Below are positions 37,098-51,388 of a stretch of 64,000 bases of DNA, one piece after another. Both the position numbers and the translations under genes were made by a program. The number at the start of each line of letters is the position of its first letter. Positions within the stretch are counted from its first letter, which is position 1. A model generated the notes under the pieces. That model worked only from the letters and a program-made list of their open reading frames with translations, was not told the DNA's origin and ran no database searches. The stretch is from Eledone cirrhosa (Eukaryota), in assembly GCA_964016885.1 (NCBI GenBank), contig OZ024759.1, positions 13,578,001-13,642,000 on the forward strand. The letters are read 5' to 3'.

Positions 37098-39850
37098 CAT
37101 CATCATCATCATCATCATCATCATCGTTTAACGTCCATCTTCCACGCTAGCATGGGTTTGGATGGGAATTTTCCCACTTGAGGCAAGATTGGTTTTCTTG
37201 CTCGCATAGGACTGTCTGGCGGGTTTTCTATGGCTGGATGCCCTTCCTAACACCAACCACGTTTACAGTGTGGGACTGGGAGGTTTTTACCGTGTTGCCT
37301 ACACGGCCACATTACAGCGGGGACTGTGTGTTTTTTTGTCGTGACACCTGCACGACCTCATTTATTTCGGGCTGGATGTTGTGGTACCAACATAACATTA
37401 CATTGGAAGGGGTGGTGTGGATGGGATGGGGGTAGTGGGACGGGGGTGTATTTTTGTTAGAGGTGCCTACTGACTGTAGGTTTTGCTTTGTACTTAGGCA
37501 AGGCGGGTCTTCTGTATTACTGTGTAGCGCCAAAGATCTCGGTCCAGTGGCATTGTCTTGGAGAGGTGTAAGTGTGTGAGGTCGGAATTTATCAAGTCGT
37601 CCCAGGTTTTTCTGGGTCTGCCTACTCCGTGGCTACCGTCTATTTTTATCGCCCTGCACTTTTTTATACAGCTGTCGTCTTTCATGCGCATCACGTGACC
37701 GTACCAATGTAGTCTTCTCTCGAGTAAACAGTATCTGATCCCTCTTATTTCTAATTTCTCCCTTAGTTCGTTTATGCTTTGCCATTACACATCCAGCGGA
37801 GAATGCAAGCTTCGTTCCTCTCCAGTCTGCGTATATCCTCTGCACACAATGCCCAGGTCTCACTGCCATGCAACATTGCTATTCATATGCAGGCATCATA
37901 CAGCCTGCCTTTCATTTTTAGAGAGAACCCTTTAGCGGCCAATAGTGGTATAAGCTCTCTGAACTTTTTCCATCCCGTTCTGATTATAGCTACTGTACTT
38001 TCAGAGCACCCTCCACCACTGCTGATTTTGTCACCCAGGTAACGGAAGGTGTCCACTATTTCTATAGAACCATCTGTGCAATGGAATGAGCTAGTATTCT
38101 GTGGGCCCTTGCTGCTACTTATTGCACCAGAGCACCGGCCACATATAAAATCTATATTCTTAGTTAGCTTACCTGTGATCCCACTACATCTTTTATGCAC
38201 CCATACTTTGCATTTGGGACATAAAATGGAGTTTCTGCCTACTCCTTTCCTACACACTGAGCATGGCCATTTCCCAGATGGGACTGGTGCCCTATTTTCC
38301 TTCCTACAAACTAGAACTTTAGTCTTAGACAGGTTAATTTTAAGGCCTTTTGATTCTAGGCCATGCTTCCATATTTGGAATTTCTTCTCTAGTTCGGTCA
38401 TTGATTCAGCTATGAGCGTTAGATCATCTGCGTATAGGAGTTCCTATGGGCAGCCGGTCTTGAACTCCTCTGTTATAGCCTGAAGGGCAGTAATAAATAG
38501 GAGGGGGCTAAGGACGGAGCCCTGATGAACACCAACTTTTACGCTAAACTCTTCACTATATTCGTTGTTAATTCTAACCTTGCTGACTGTTTCTTTATAC
38601 ATGGCTTGTATAGCTCTCACAAGCCATTCATCAACACCTAGTTTTCTAAGAGCCCACCAGATAATGGAGCGGGGGACTCTGTCAAAGGCTTTCTCAAAGT
38701 CAACAAAAGCTAAGTATAGCGGTTTACTTTTAGCTAGGTACTTCTCCTGTAGTTGTCGTACAACGAAAAGAGCATCTGTGGTACTTTTATCGGACACAAA
38801 CCCGAACTACATTTCATCCAGATCAATTCGCTCTCCGATTAGTTGCACTATTACTTTTTCTGTGACCTTCATGACCTGGTCAATTAATTTAATGCCTCTA
38901 TAGTTTCCCCTATCTAGGGCATCTCCTTTACCCTTGAAGCAGTTAATGATGATGCTGCTACGCCAGTCCTTCGGAACGACCCCATTCTGTATGACTTGGT
39001 TTACTATCCGGGTGACCATAGTGTGTCCCACTGTTCCAGATGCTTTCAGCATTTCAGCAACTATTTCCGAAGGCCCAGCCGCCTTACCTGTCTTCATATC
39101 TTTGATTGCCTTACTTATTATACTACCTTCAACTAGCATTGCTGGTCCCTCTATTGGATCGATGTGGGGGAGACTGTCTTTCTCCCAATTATTCTCCTCA
39201 TTTAGTAGCCTTTCGTGGTGACACTTCCAAGCTACCTTCTTATCAGCGTCAGTGATGGCAAGTACACCATCATCATTAAGGACACACTTCTCCCCGACAA
39301 TATCACGGTTTTCCTTGACACATTGCCTAGCAATCCTGAACACCTCACGTTTTTGGTCCTCGCGTTGTAGAACATGCTTGAACTTTCTTTCCTCTGCTTC
39401 CCTTCTTGCGAAGTACACTTGTCTCCTAGCTTCCCTCCTGGCCACTTAATAGTCTTCTCTACTTCCCCCATCCCGCCATACTTTCCAAGCCTGCTTTTTG
39501 GCCTTAATTGACTCCTCCACCTTACTGTTCCACCACCACATTACTCTCCTCCTGCCTATAGGCCTGCTCCAGCCACAGACATCATCTGCCACCTTCAGCA
39601 GGTTAGTTTTCAGGAATTCCCAGTTCCTCTATATTGTACGACTCTAATTGCTCTTCCTTACTGTCAAAAGCATCAAGTAATATGCTTTTAAATTTATTAC
39701 TGGCTGTTGGGTCCTTTAGCTTCCATATTTTTATCCTGAGGATAGTCCTCCTCTGTCAGGTCTTCTGGTAAGGATATAATCTATCTGACTGGCGTTTTCC
39801 CCTGATCTATAGGTGATCAATTGATTGTCTCATTTTTTGAAGTTAGTAAA
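37098..39850 (-). mobile_element. RTE family B LINE with frameshifts and stops, about 2.7 kb including its 3' UTR
   Basis: Overlapping ORF pieces 38807-39445, 38444-38797, 37883-38401 and 37494-37694; highly similar to 2555-4300. Confidence 0.93.
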
Positions 39851-40322
39851 CACAATTTGAAAGCCAAGTTCAAAGTTGAATAAATATCTCATTTAACTCT
39901 CCAGCCCCTCCAACACAGAACTACCTGGTTAGCTTTCCTTGCTTCCTTGTTTGCTTGAGTATGCAGTAAATACCAGGATATATATCTCTCACTACTTTCT
40001 CTAATTTAGCAACAACCAAGTACTACAAAACTCTCCCATTTTTCAATTTTTCAAATATCCAAATTTCATGTTTTAACTTGCAGACATTCACTTTTTTAAG
40101 AACATGCACTATGCTTGAGTTATTGTTTGAAATAGTATTTTGTTTGAAGGCAAGGTAACATCTCAACTTTAACCCTTTAGCATTCACATTACTTGAGCTC
40201 AGATGCATCACTGATTTTTCGTTTTCTGTTCTATCATACTCTGCTCTGTAAGAGCATAGAGTGCTCAACCAGCATACCGTGTATGGAAGCATCTTAGCTA
40301 CCATCAGACACACACACATATA

Positions 40323-40376
<54 letters not shown>

Positions 40377-40861
40377 TGGCGTAGCTAGGGTGTGGCAAGC
40401 ATGGCACATGCCACGGGCGTTATATTTAGTGGGCGCAATTTTGACCTAGATCGATTTACATCCATGTCGTTTTTATCATTTTTAAAAATATAAGCCAAAA
40501 ATGAAGCATGTGATTTCTAGTGCACTAGACAGAACAGATGTCTGATTTTACTTCACAAAAACGCCCCCCGCCCCACTCTACACTGACAGCAGGGTGGGTT
40601 GCAATTATGCAGGCGCTATTTTAGCTATACATTGCAAAACAGCGGATACCTCACTTGACCTTTACTCAGCTGTAGAAATGAGATGATAGGGACTGGGGTC
40701 CCTATCATTCCACTGCAAAATGGTCGTGGGGGTGCCATGGCAAAAAAGCACCCAGCACTCACTGTAAATGAGGTTGGTGTTAGGAAGGGCATCCAGCTGT
40801 AGAAATCAAGCCAGAATCAGTTCCCGTCCCATCCTTGCAAGCAGGGAAAAGCGGACGTAAA

Positions 40862-40893
<32 letters not shown>

Positions 40894-41164
40894 ACCTTTA
40901 GAATAATAATGTTTTTTTTTAGATTTTCCATAGCAGGTGTGTTACTTAGTAGTTTTTGTTCTCTATTGTGTGAGAAGGTAACAAAAGACTTTTTAAGATC
41001 ATGTAGGCCATCTTGGATCTCTGAAATGAGCATACACCCAATATTTTAAAAGGAAAAGGTGGCGAAAAGAAAGCAAATCGGTTCAGCTCAGTGGTTCATA
41101 ACAATCTTATATAATTTACTCCATGTAGCCTCTGTGTTGTGGAATGCTAAAAATATCCCTACTG

Positions 41165-41201
<37 letters not shown>

Positions 41202-41671
41202 ATATTATATAAGATTGTTATGAACCACTGAGCTGAACAGATTTGCTTTCTTTTCGCCACCTTTTCCTATATATATATCATCATCATCATCATCATCATC
41301 GTTTAACGTCCATGTTCCACGCTTGCATGGGTTTGGACGGGAGTTTTCCCACTTGAGGCAAGAGTGGTTGTCTTGCTTGCATAGGACTGTCTGGCGGGTT
41401 TTCTACAGTTGGATGCCCTTCCTAACACCAACCACATTTACAGTGTGGGGCTGGGAGGTTTTTACCGTGTTGCCTACACGGCCACATTACAGCGTGGACT
41501 GTCTGGCGGGTTTTCTACAGCTGGATGCCCTTCCTAACACCAACCACATTTACAGTGTGGGACTGGGAGGTTTTTACCGTGTTGCCTACACGGCCACATT
41601 ACAACGTGGACTGTGTGTTTTTTGTCGTGACACCTACACGATCTCATTTGTTATATATATATATATATATA

Positions 41672-42075
41672 TATGTATATGTGTGTGTGTATGTGTATGA
41701 GGTCTGTATGTGTGTGTGCATGAGGTGTATGTGTGTGTGCATGAGGTGTGTGTGTGTGTGCATGAGGTGTGTGTGTGTGTGTGCACGTGTATGTGTGTGC
41801 ATGTGTGTGCATGAGGTGTGTATGTGTGTGCATGAGGTGTGTGTATGTCTGCGGGTATGTGTGTGTGTGCATGAGGTGTATGTGTGTATGTGTGTGTGTG
41901 TGTATGTGTGTGTATATGTGTGTGTGTATGTGTGTGTGTACGTCTGTGTGTGTGTATGTGTATGAGGTCTGTATGTGTGTGTGCATGAGGTGTATGTGTG
42001 TGTGCATGAGGTGTATGTGTGTGTGCATGAGGTGTATGTGTATGTATGTGTGTGTGTGTGTATGTGTGTATGTGG
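41672..42075. repeat. (GT)n-based compound microsatellite with recurrent gcatgag
   Basis: Directly visible in the sequence. Confidence 0.9.
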
Positions 42076-42088
42076 GACTCTGTATTTT

Positions 42089-43690
42089 CCATACACTTTA
42101 TACTTTATATACTTTATATACCATACACTATATACTTTATATACCATACTCTATATACTTTATATACCATACTCTATATACTTTATATACCATACTCTAT
42201 ATACTTTATATACCATACACTATATACTTTATATACCATGCTCTATATACTTTATATACCATACACTATATACTTTATATACCATACACTATATACTTTA
42301 TATACCATACACTATATACTTTATATACCATACACTATATACTTTATATACCATACTCTATATACTTTATATACCATACTCTATATACTTTATATACCAT
42401 ACACTATATACTTTATATACCATACACTATATACTTTATATACCATACTCTATATACTTTATATACCATACTCTATATACTTTATATACCATACACTACA
42501 TACTTTATATACCATACACTATATACTTTATATACCATACTCTATATACTTTATATACCATACACTATATACTTTATATACCATACACTATATACTTTAT
42601 ATACCATACACTATATACTTTATATACCATACACTATATACTTTATATACCATACACTATATACTTTATATACCATACACTATATACTTTATATACCATA
42701 CACTATATACTTTATATACCATACTCTATATACTTTATATACCATACACTATATACTTTATATACCATACACTATATACTTTATATACCATACACTATAT
42801 ACTTTATATACCATACTCTATATACTTTATATACCATACTCTATATACTTTATATACCATACACTATATACTTTATATACCATATACTATATACTTTATA
42901 TACCATACTCTATATACTTTATATACCATACACTATATACTTTATATACCATACACTATATACTTTATATACCATACACTATATACTTTATATACCATAC
43001 ACTATATACTTTATATACCATACTCTATATACTTTATATACCATACACTATATACTTTATATACCATACACTACATACTTTATATACCATACACTATATA
43101 CTTTATATACCATACTCTATATACTTTATATACCAAACTTTATATACCATACACTATATACTTTATATACCATACACTATATACTTTATATACCATACTC
43201 TATATACTTTATATACCATACTCTATATACTTTATATACAAAACTTTATATACCATACACTACATACTTTATATACCATACACTATATACTTTATATACC
43301 ATACTCTATATACTTTATATACCAAACTTTATATACCATACACTATATACTTTATATACCAAACTTTATATACCATACACTATATACTTTATATACCATA
43401 CTCTATATACTTTATATACCATACTCTATATACTTTATATACAAAACTTTATATACCATACACTACATACTTTATATACCATACACTATATACTTTATAT
43501 ACCATACTCTATATACTTTATATACCAAACTTTATATACCATACACTATATACTTTATATACCAAACTTTATATACCATACACTATATACTTTATATACC
43601 ATACTCTATATACTTTATATACCAAACTTTATATACCATACACTATATACTTTATATACCATACACTATATACTTTATATACCATACACG
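42089..43690. repeat. 23-bp minisatellite (ccatacactatatactttatata), about 1.6 kb
   Basis: Directly visible; the + strand has almost no G, which explains stop-free ORFs in all three frames. Confidence 0.95.
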
Positions 43691-45053
43691 ATACAATGCT
43701 TCAAGTAAACTAAAAATTCCTCCCAACTTTTTTATCGTTTTATTTCTCATCATTCAGTGTTTCATAACTTTCCATTCATTTCAACTTAACTGCAATTATA
43801 GTTACTAACTGTGGTACTAATTAATAAATTAACTACAATTGTAGTTAATTTATTAATTAGTAGTTGATAATTTAACCTGAAAATTCAAGTTCTCTTGTCT
43901 TATGTGCTAGGCCTAGAGGTGTAAGATCATCATTCATTTCATCATTTCCATTTAGCGTCAATTCTTCCATGCTGGCATGGGTTGGACAGGTCATCCATGC
44001 CAGGAGGAAAGTCTGGCCAGGGTTGGTTATGTCACACCTTGTTCAGGTGAGGACTATAAATTTGGCTGGATATTTTACAGCTGGATGTTCTTCCTAACAC
44101 CAACCATATTTACAGTGTGTGAGCGGATTCTTCCGTCATGAGGAGGGACAGGCCAGTTGGCCACATTGAACTCCTCTCACAAAGAAACCACAGTTTTGAA
44201 GCCTAACCCATCTCACAGTGGAACCATAGTTTAGAAGCCCGGTACTGGGAGGCACCAATATGAGGAGCCTGACCCATCTTATAGCATATCCACCATTTTG
44301 GTGGCCGGTACTAAATGAGGAGGGACAGGTGTGGGGCCACAGTTTGGGAGCCTGGCGTTGATTGGCACCATTATGTGAAATTTCAAAATCTGACAGGGTG
44401 CTGTGATAGAAAAAGGTTAACCACTGTACTATAGACTTGTCAGTGGAATTTAGTAGATGGAAATTGCAAACACATGGCTGTCCAGCCATATGGTCATCTG
44501 TCCAGATATCTGGCCATCTGCCCAGATATCAGGCCACCTGCGCATCTCTGTGTGTGTATCTGTCTATGTTTACATCCCGTAACTTAGCAGTACAACAAAG
44601 AAACGAGATCGATAAAATAAGCATTGGGGTCAATTTGATTAACAAAATCAAGGCAGTGCCACAGCATGGCCACAATCTACTGACCAAAATAAGTAAAAGA
44701 TTAACCCATTAGCATTTAAACTGACCGTATCTGGCCAGAATTCTCTCACCTCTTTCTGTTCAAACAGGCTGTAACCGGCTGCTTATACTGATGTTAAGGT
44801 ATTGTTCTCAAAATATATAATATCAATATCTCATTGATTCGATAATATGTGAGATAATTATGTGAGATAAAGTGTTTAACCGTGAAAATATAATTGTAAA
44901 TAGAGAGTAATGTAAATGATAAAGGTTAAAAGAAAATAAATGTAACATTATCTGATTGCACCCCACACTGGCAATAGTAGACTCCACAAATTATCGACCA
45001 TATGACAGACAACAGTCTAGTCTAATCCATTAGTGTATAATATATCCACTTAC

Positions 45054-45190
45054 TTGCTGAGAACGATGATGATGCTGAGTAGGTATATAGCCAAGCTAGT
45101 AAGGAGGTAGGCAACTGGTATCTCATAGCCACTCTTTGTGGCAGTATTTTGGTAAAAACCATAGAAAAACACTGAATATTTCACAACTCC
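45054..45190 (-). CDS. TMC: TMC exon F (137 nt): GVVKYSVFFYGFYQNTATKSGYEIPVAYLLTSLAIYLLSIIIVLS(K) (TM2)
   Basis: Acceptor ttgatgcAG, donor GTAAGT; YS..FYG.Y and GY..P.AY motifs. Confidence 0.94.
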
Positions 45191-45551
45191 CTGCATCAAT
45201 AAAGACGTGTGAGAAATAATTAAGTATTGCATATGATTGAACAATATATATTGTAGTCAGCATATGTAGACTATTATAATAGACACAGAAACATATGTTA
45301 ACGGTAATAAATTTCTACTCTCCTTTCTCGCCGAAGTCTATATTTTTCTTGGTGCAATACTTGCTTATATTATATATATATATATGAATGTATGTATAGT
45401 ATATTTGGCAATATACTGGATGTATACTGTATGTAATTAAAAACATTTAGAAGACCATTTGCTATGAGTTTTAAAGTTTAAAACTCATAGCGAATGGTCT
45501 TCTAAATGTTTTTAATTAAACATACAATATATTGCCATACATTAAACAGTG

Positions 45552-45862
45552 ATGGGTATAAGAGGGATAAGTTGTGGTGTGCAGGAGAGAAGGCTGAGAT
45601 GGTATGGACATGTGATGTGCATGGAGGATGACCGCTGGGTAAAGAAGTGCCAAGAAAGCCCAGTAGAAGGAAGACGCAGTAGAGGTAGACCACAAAAAAC
45701 ATGGGTGGAGGTGGTGAGAGCAGACCTCTGATCACTGAAGCTCACGGAGGAGATGACAAAGGACCGTGGCAAGTGAAGAAATGCTGTGCTGAATAGGACC
45801 CATCCCACCATTGCAAGCAGGGAAAAGCAGACGTAAAATGATGATGATGATGATGATGATGA
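45552..45862 (+). mobile_element. RTE family A 3' fragment with a (GAT)n tail
   Basis: [20 protein letters not shown]...; ends cttgcaagcagggaaaagcagacgtaaaat-like. Confidence 0.88.
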
Positions 45863-47112
45863 TGTGTGTATGTATATATGTATGTAATATGTTTATCTTA
45901 TCATCATCATTACCGTTTAAAGTCCATTTTTCCATGCTAATAAATGTATAAGTCTTTTCTGATGATTTTCTTCAAATGAAACAGTTCTAGTCCTGTAGAA
46001 GCGATTTCTATATAAAATATTATATATATATGTATAAATAAAAGCATCCTGCCCACACTGTAACGTGGTCATGCAGGTGTCATGCCAAAAAGCATCCAGT
46101 CCACACTGTAAAGTGGTTGTGTTGGTGTCAAGACAAAAAGCACCTAGTCCACGCTGTAAAGTGGTTGGCATTAGGAAGGGCTTCCAGCTGTTGAAATCTA
46201 AGAAGAACAGTCCTATATGAACAAGACACAGTCACCTGACCAACTTGCTTCAAATGGGACAACCCATCTAACCCATGCTAGCATGGAAAGTGGACGTTAA
46301 ATGGCTGCCAAACAGTGGGCAACCATTAGTGGCTAGAAATACCGGTGACGTGTACAATTCTTGACCCCCTCATTGAATGACAACAACAGGATCTAAATCA
46401 ACAAACAAAAGAGTTTGATGTTAAAGGACAATAGGAAAATCTGCTTTGTAGAATTGAGACGTATCCGAGGACTGTGCGATTTCAGTGTCAGGTTTGATCA
46501 CCACATCGATCGTGCCTCGAGCTGGTCGCTCAAGAAACAATTGTAATATGTCCAATAAATTCCATAAGTCGGAACACTGATTCTTTTTGTTCTGTGATAT
46601 ATCATCATCATCATTTTACGTCCGCTTTTCCCTGCTTGCAAGGATGGGACAAGAACTGATTCTGGCTTGATTTCTACAGCTGGATGCCCTTCCTAACACC
46701 AACCTCATTTACAGTGAGTGCTGGGTGCTTTTTTTTTTTCCGTGGCGCCTACACGTCCACTTTACAGTGTGGGCTGGGTGCTTTTTTGCCGTGGCACCTC
46801 CACGACCACTTTGCAGTGGAATGATAGGGACCCCAGTCCCTATCATCTCATTTCTACAGCTGAGTAAACTGGAGCAATGTGAAATAAAGTATCTTGCTCA
46901 AGGAAACAACACATCACCCAGTCTGAGAATTGAACTCACAACCTTTCGATTGCAAGCCTAATGCTCTAACCACTAAGTCATATCTGTGTGTGTGTGTGTG
47001 TGTGTGTATTTGTGTGAGCATGATAAAGCCTAAGTTAAATAATGATGTTAATGATGTTGCTGCTGATGATGATGTCAAATGAAGGTATATTGTATATTAA
47101 ACTGTTCCTTAC

Positions 47113-47193
47113 CTCTGCAGCTATAATTGTATCAAGGTCACCAGATTTGGCCACTTCATTGGCAGGAATGGGTTTGGTCTCTCCTGCTATCAT
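47113..47193 (-). CDS. TMC: TMC exon E (81 nt): MIAGETKPIPANEVAKSGDLDTIIAAE
   Basis: Acceptor tctgtttgtcAG, donor GAG|GTAAGG; phase 0/0; resembles the TMC3-type loop IAG..K.IP...DLDT. Confidence 0.88.
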
Positions 47194-48122
47194 CTGACAA
47201 ACAGACAGACAGATATGGTGGTGGAGAAGAGAAAGAAAAAATATTAAATTAAATCATTTTATTAAAACAATTGTTTCTACTTTTGGCACAAGGCCAGCAA
47301 TTATCCCAGTGAATTATTGGCACTTTATTTTATCAACCCCGTAAGGATGAAAGGCTAAGTTAACCTTAGCTGCATTTGAACGCAGACTGCAATGGGCCGA
47401 AACTCTATGCTGCAAAGCATGGCGTCCGACCCTCTACCGATACTGCCACTCCACCACCCTTTTATTAAAACAATAGAAGTTGGAAAGAAAAAAAAATAAT
47501 AACAAAACCACTTCTGGCAGCATGGTATAGCGCGCTTCATTGGACACTGGATTAGCCCCTATATTTTTCCCGGAAGAAGAGATTTTAATCTCAAAATATC
47601 AGGACACATAATTAAATAAAGTTAAAACACATAACACCTTGTTTCACTCTATTTTTTGTCCTTTTCATATTGTTGTGGCTTTCCAACTTCAAATTTTATA
47701 CAGGTTTTTAATTTAGGTGCAAGGCCAGAAATTCATGGGGAAAGTCAGTTATATTGAACCCAAGTATTGGGTCAAGTATGAAATTTGTAGAAATTTGTTT
47801 TTTTTTTCTACAAATTTTATACTTGACAACCCAATAATTTGCTTCTACTTTCTTTTATCGAATCCCAGAAGGATGAAAAACAAAGTTGACCTCAGCTGGA
47901 TTTCAATTCAGAACGTAAAGAGCTGGGACAAATGCCACAAAGCTTTTTATATGACACTCTAATGATTCTGTCAAGCTGTCAAGCCACTGCCCTCGATAAT
48001 AATCTATCTATATATAATTTTATGCGATTCTGTCGCAACATGTAAAGAAAGAGGAGTAGTTTGACTACCTCATACTACTCCTGTGTGTGAAAGGAAAGAA
48101 GGGGGTGGTGAAAAAATTACGC

Positions 48123-51100
48123 TGTGTGAATGTATGTGCGTGTGTTTGTGTGAATGTATGTGTGTGTTTGTGTGAATGTATGTGTGTGTTTGTGTGGATG
48201 TATGAATGTATGTGTGTGTTTGTGTAAATGTATGTGCGTGTTTGTGTGAATGTATGTGTGTGTGTTTGTGTGAATGTATGTGTGTGTTTTTGTGTGAATG
48301 TATGTGTGTGTGTTGTTGTGAATGTATGTGTGTGTGTGTGAATGTATGTGTGTTTGTGTGAATGTATGTGTGTGTTTGTGTGAATGTATGTGTGTGTTTG
48401 TGTGAATGTATGTGCGTGTGTTTGTGTGAATGTATGTGTGTGTGTTTGTGTGAATGTATGTGTGTGTGTTTGTGTGAATGTATGTGTGTGTGAATGTATG
48501 TGTGTGTGTTTCTGTGACTGTATGTGCGTGTGTTTGTGTGAATGTATGTGTGTGTGTTTGTGTGAATGTATGTGTGTGTGTGAATGTATGTGTGTGTGTG
48601 AATGTATGTGTATGTGTTTGTGTGAATTATGTGTGTGTGTTTGTGTGAATGTATGTGTGTGTGAATGTATGTGTGTGTGTTTCTGTGACTGTATGTGCGT
48701 GTGTTTGTGTGAATGTATGTGTGTGTGTTTGTGTGAATGTATGTGTGTGTGTGAATGTATGTGTATGTGTTTGTGTGAATTATGTGTGTGTGTTTGTGTG
48801 AATGTATGTGCGTGTTTGTGTGAATGTATGTGCGTGTGTTTGTGTGAATGTATGTGCGTGTGTTTGTGTGAATTATGTGTGTGTGTTTGTGTGAATGTAT
48901 GTGCGTGTGTTTGTGTGAATGTATGTGCGTGTGTTTGTGTGAATGTATGTGCGTGTGTTTGTGTGAATTATGTGTGTGTGTTTGTGTAAATGTATGTGCG
49001 TGTGTTTATGTGAATGTATGTGTGTGTGTGTGAATGTATGTGTGTTTGTGTGACTGTATGTGCGTGTGTTTGTGTGAATGTATGTGTGTGTTTGTGTGTG
49101 AATGTATGTGTGTGAATGTATGTGTATGTGTTTGTGTGAATTATGTGTGTGTGTTTGTGTGAATGTATGTGCGTGTGTTTGTGTGAATGTATGTGTGTGT
49201 GTTTGTGTGAATGTATGTGCGTGAGTTTGTGTGAATTATGTGTGTGTGTTTGTGTGAATGTATGTGCGTGTGTTTGTGTGAATGTATGTGCGTGTGTTTG
49301 TGTGAATGTATGTGCGTGTGTTTGTGTGAATTATGTGTGTGTGTTTGTGTAAATGTATGTGCGTGTGTTTGTGTGAATGTATGTGTGTGTGTGTGAATGT
49401 ATGTGTGTTTGTGTGAATGTATGTGCGTGTGTTTGTGTGTGTTTGTGTGGATGTATGTGTGTGTTTGTGTGGATGTATGTGTGTGTTTGTGTAAATGTAT
49501 GTGTGTGTGTTTGTGTGAATGTATGTGTGTTTGTGTAAATGTATGTGCGTGTGTTTGTGTGAATGTATGTGCGTGTGTTTGTGTGAATGTATGTGCGTGT
49601 GTTTGTGTGAATGTATGTGCGTGTGTTTGTGTGAATTATGTGTGTGTGTTTGTGTGAATGTATGTGCGTGTGTTTGTGTGAATGTATGTGCGTGTGTTTG
49701 TGTGAATGTATGTGCATGTGTTTGTGTGAATTATGTGTGTGTGTTTGTGTGAATGTATGTGCGTGTGTTTGTGTGGATGTATGTGTGTGTTTGTGTGGAT
49801 GTATGTGCGTGTGTTTGTGTAAATGTATGTGCGTGTGTTTGTGTGAATGTATGTGTGTGTGTTTGTGTGAATGTATGTGTGTGTGAATGTATGTGTGTGT
49901 GTTTCTGTGACTGTATGTGCGTGTGTTTGTGTGAATGTATGTGTGTGTGTTTGTGTGAATGTATGTGTGTGTGTGAATGTATGTGTATGTGTTTGTGTGA
50001 ATTATGTGTGTGTGTTTGTGTGAATGTATGTGCGTGTGTTTGTGTGAATGTATGTGCGTGTGTTTGTGTGAATGTATGTGCGTGTGTTTGTGTGAATGTA
50101 TGTGCGTGTGTTTGTGTGAATTATGTGTGTGTGTTTGTGTGAATGTATGTGCGTGTGTTTGTGTGAATGTATGTGCGTGTGTTTGTGTGAATGTATGTGC
50201 GTGTGTTTGTGTGAATTATGTGTGTGTGTTTGTGTGAATGTATGTGCGTGTGTTTGTGTGTGTTTGTGTGGATGTATGTGTGTGTTTGTGTGGATGTATG
50301 TGTGTGTTTGTGTAAATGTATGTGTGTGTTTGTGTGAATGTATGTGTGTTTGTGTAAATGTATGTGCGTGTGTTTGTGTGAATGTATGTGCGTGTGTTTG
50401 TGTGAATGTATGTGCGTGTGTTTGTGTGAATGTATGTGCGTGTGTTTGTGTGAATGTATGTGCGTGTGTTTGTGTGAATTATGTGTGTGTGTTTGTGTGA
50501 ATGTATGTGCGTGTGTTTGTGTGAATGTATGTGCGTGTGTTTGTGTGAATGTATGTGCGTGTGTTTGTGTGAATTATGTGTGTGTGTTTGTGTGAATGTA
50601 TGTGCGTGTGTTTGTGTGGATGTATGTGTGTGTTTGTGTGGATGTATGTGCGTGTGTTTGTGTAAACGTATGTGCGTGTGTTTGTGTGAATGTATGTGTG
50701 TGTTTGTGTAAATGTATGTGCGTGTGTTTGTGTGAATGTATGTGTGTGTTTTTGTGTGAATGTATGTGCGTCTGTTTGTGTGAATGTATGTGCGTGTGTT
50801 TGTGTGAAGGTTTGTGCGCGTGTTTGTGTGAATGTATGTGCGTGTGTTTGTGTGAAGGTTTGTGCGCGTGTTTGTGTGAATGTATGTGCGTGTGTTTGTG
50901 TGAAGGTTTGTGCGCGTGTTTGTGTGAATGTATGTGCGTGTGTTTGTGTGAAGGTTTGTGCGTGTGTTTGTGTGAATGTATGTGCGTGTGTTTGTGTGAA
51001 TGTATGTGTGTGTTTTTGTGTGAATGTATGTGCGTGTGTTTGTGTGAATGTATGTGCGTGTGTTTGTGTGAAGGTTTGTGCGCGTGTTTGTGTGAATGTA

Positions 51101-51388
51101 TGTGCGTGTGTTTGTGTGAAGGTTTGTGCGCGTGTTTGTGTGAATGTATGTGCGTGTGTTTGTGTGAATGTATGTGCGTGTGTTTGTGTGAATGTATGTG
51201 CGTGTGTTTGTGTGAAGCTTTGTGCGCGTGTTTGTGTGAATGTATGTGCGTGTGTTTGTGTGAATGTATGTGCGCGTGTTTGTGTGAATGTATGTGCGTG
51301 TGTTTGTGTGAATGTATGTGTGTGTGTTTGTGTGAATGTATGTGCGTGTGTTTGTGTGAATGTATGTGCGTGTGTGAATTATGTGTGT
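48123..51388. repeat. About 24-bp GT-rich minisatellite (gtgtgaatgtatgtgcgtgtgttt), about 3.3 kb
   Basis: Directly visible; MCVCLCEC periodicity in the ORF track. Confidence 0.95.

Noticed and set aside
41525-43808. Long ORFs of 555-679 aa
   Set aside because: They are translations of GT microsatellite and a G-poor 23-bp repeat, open in all frames because of composition.
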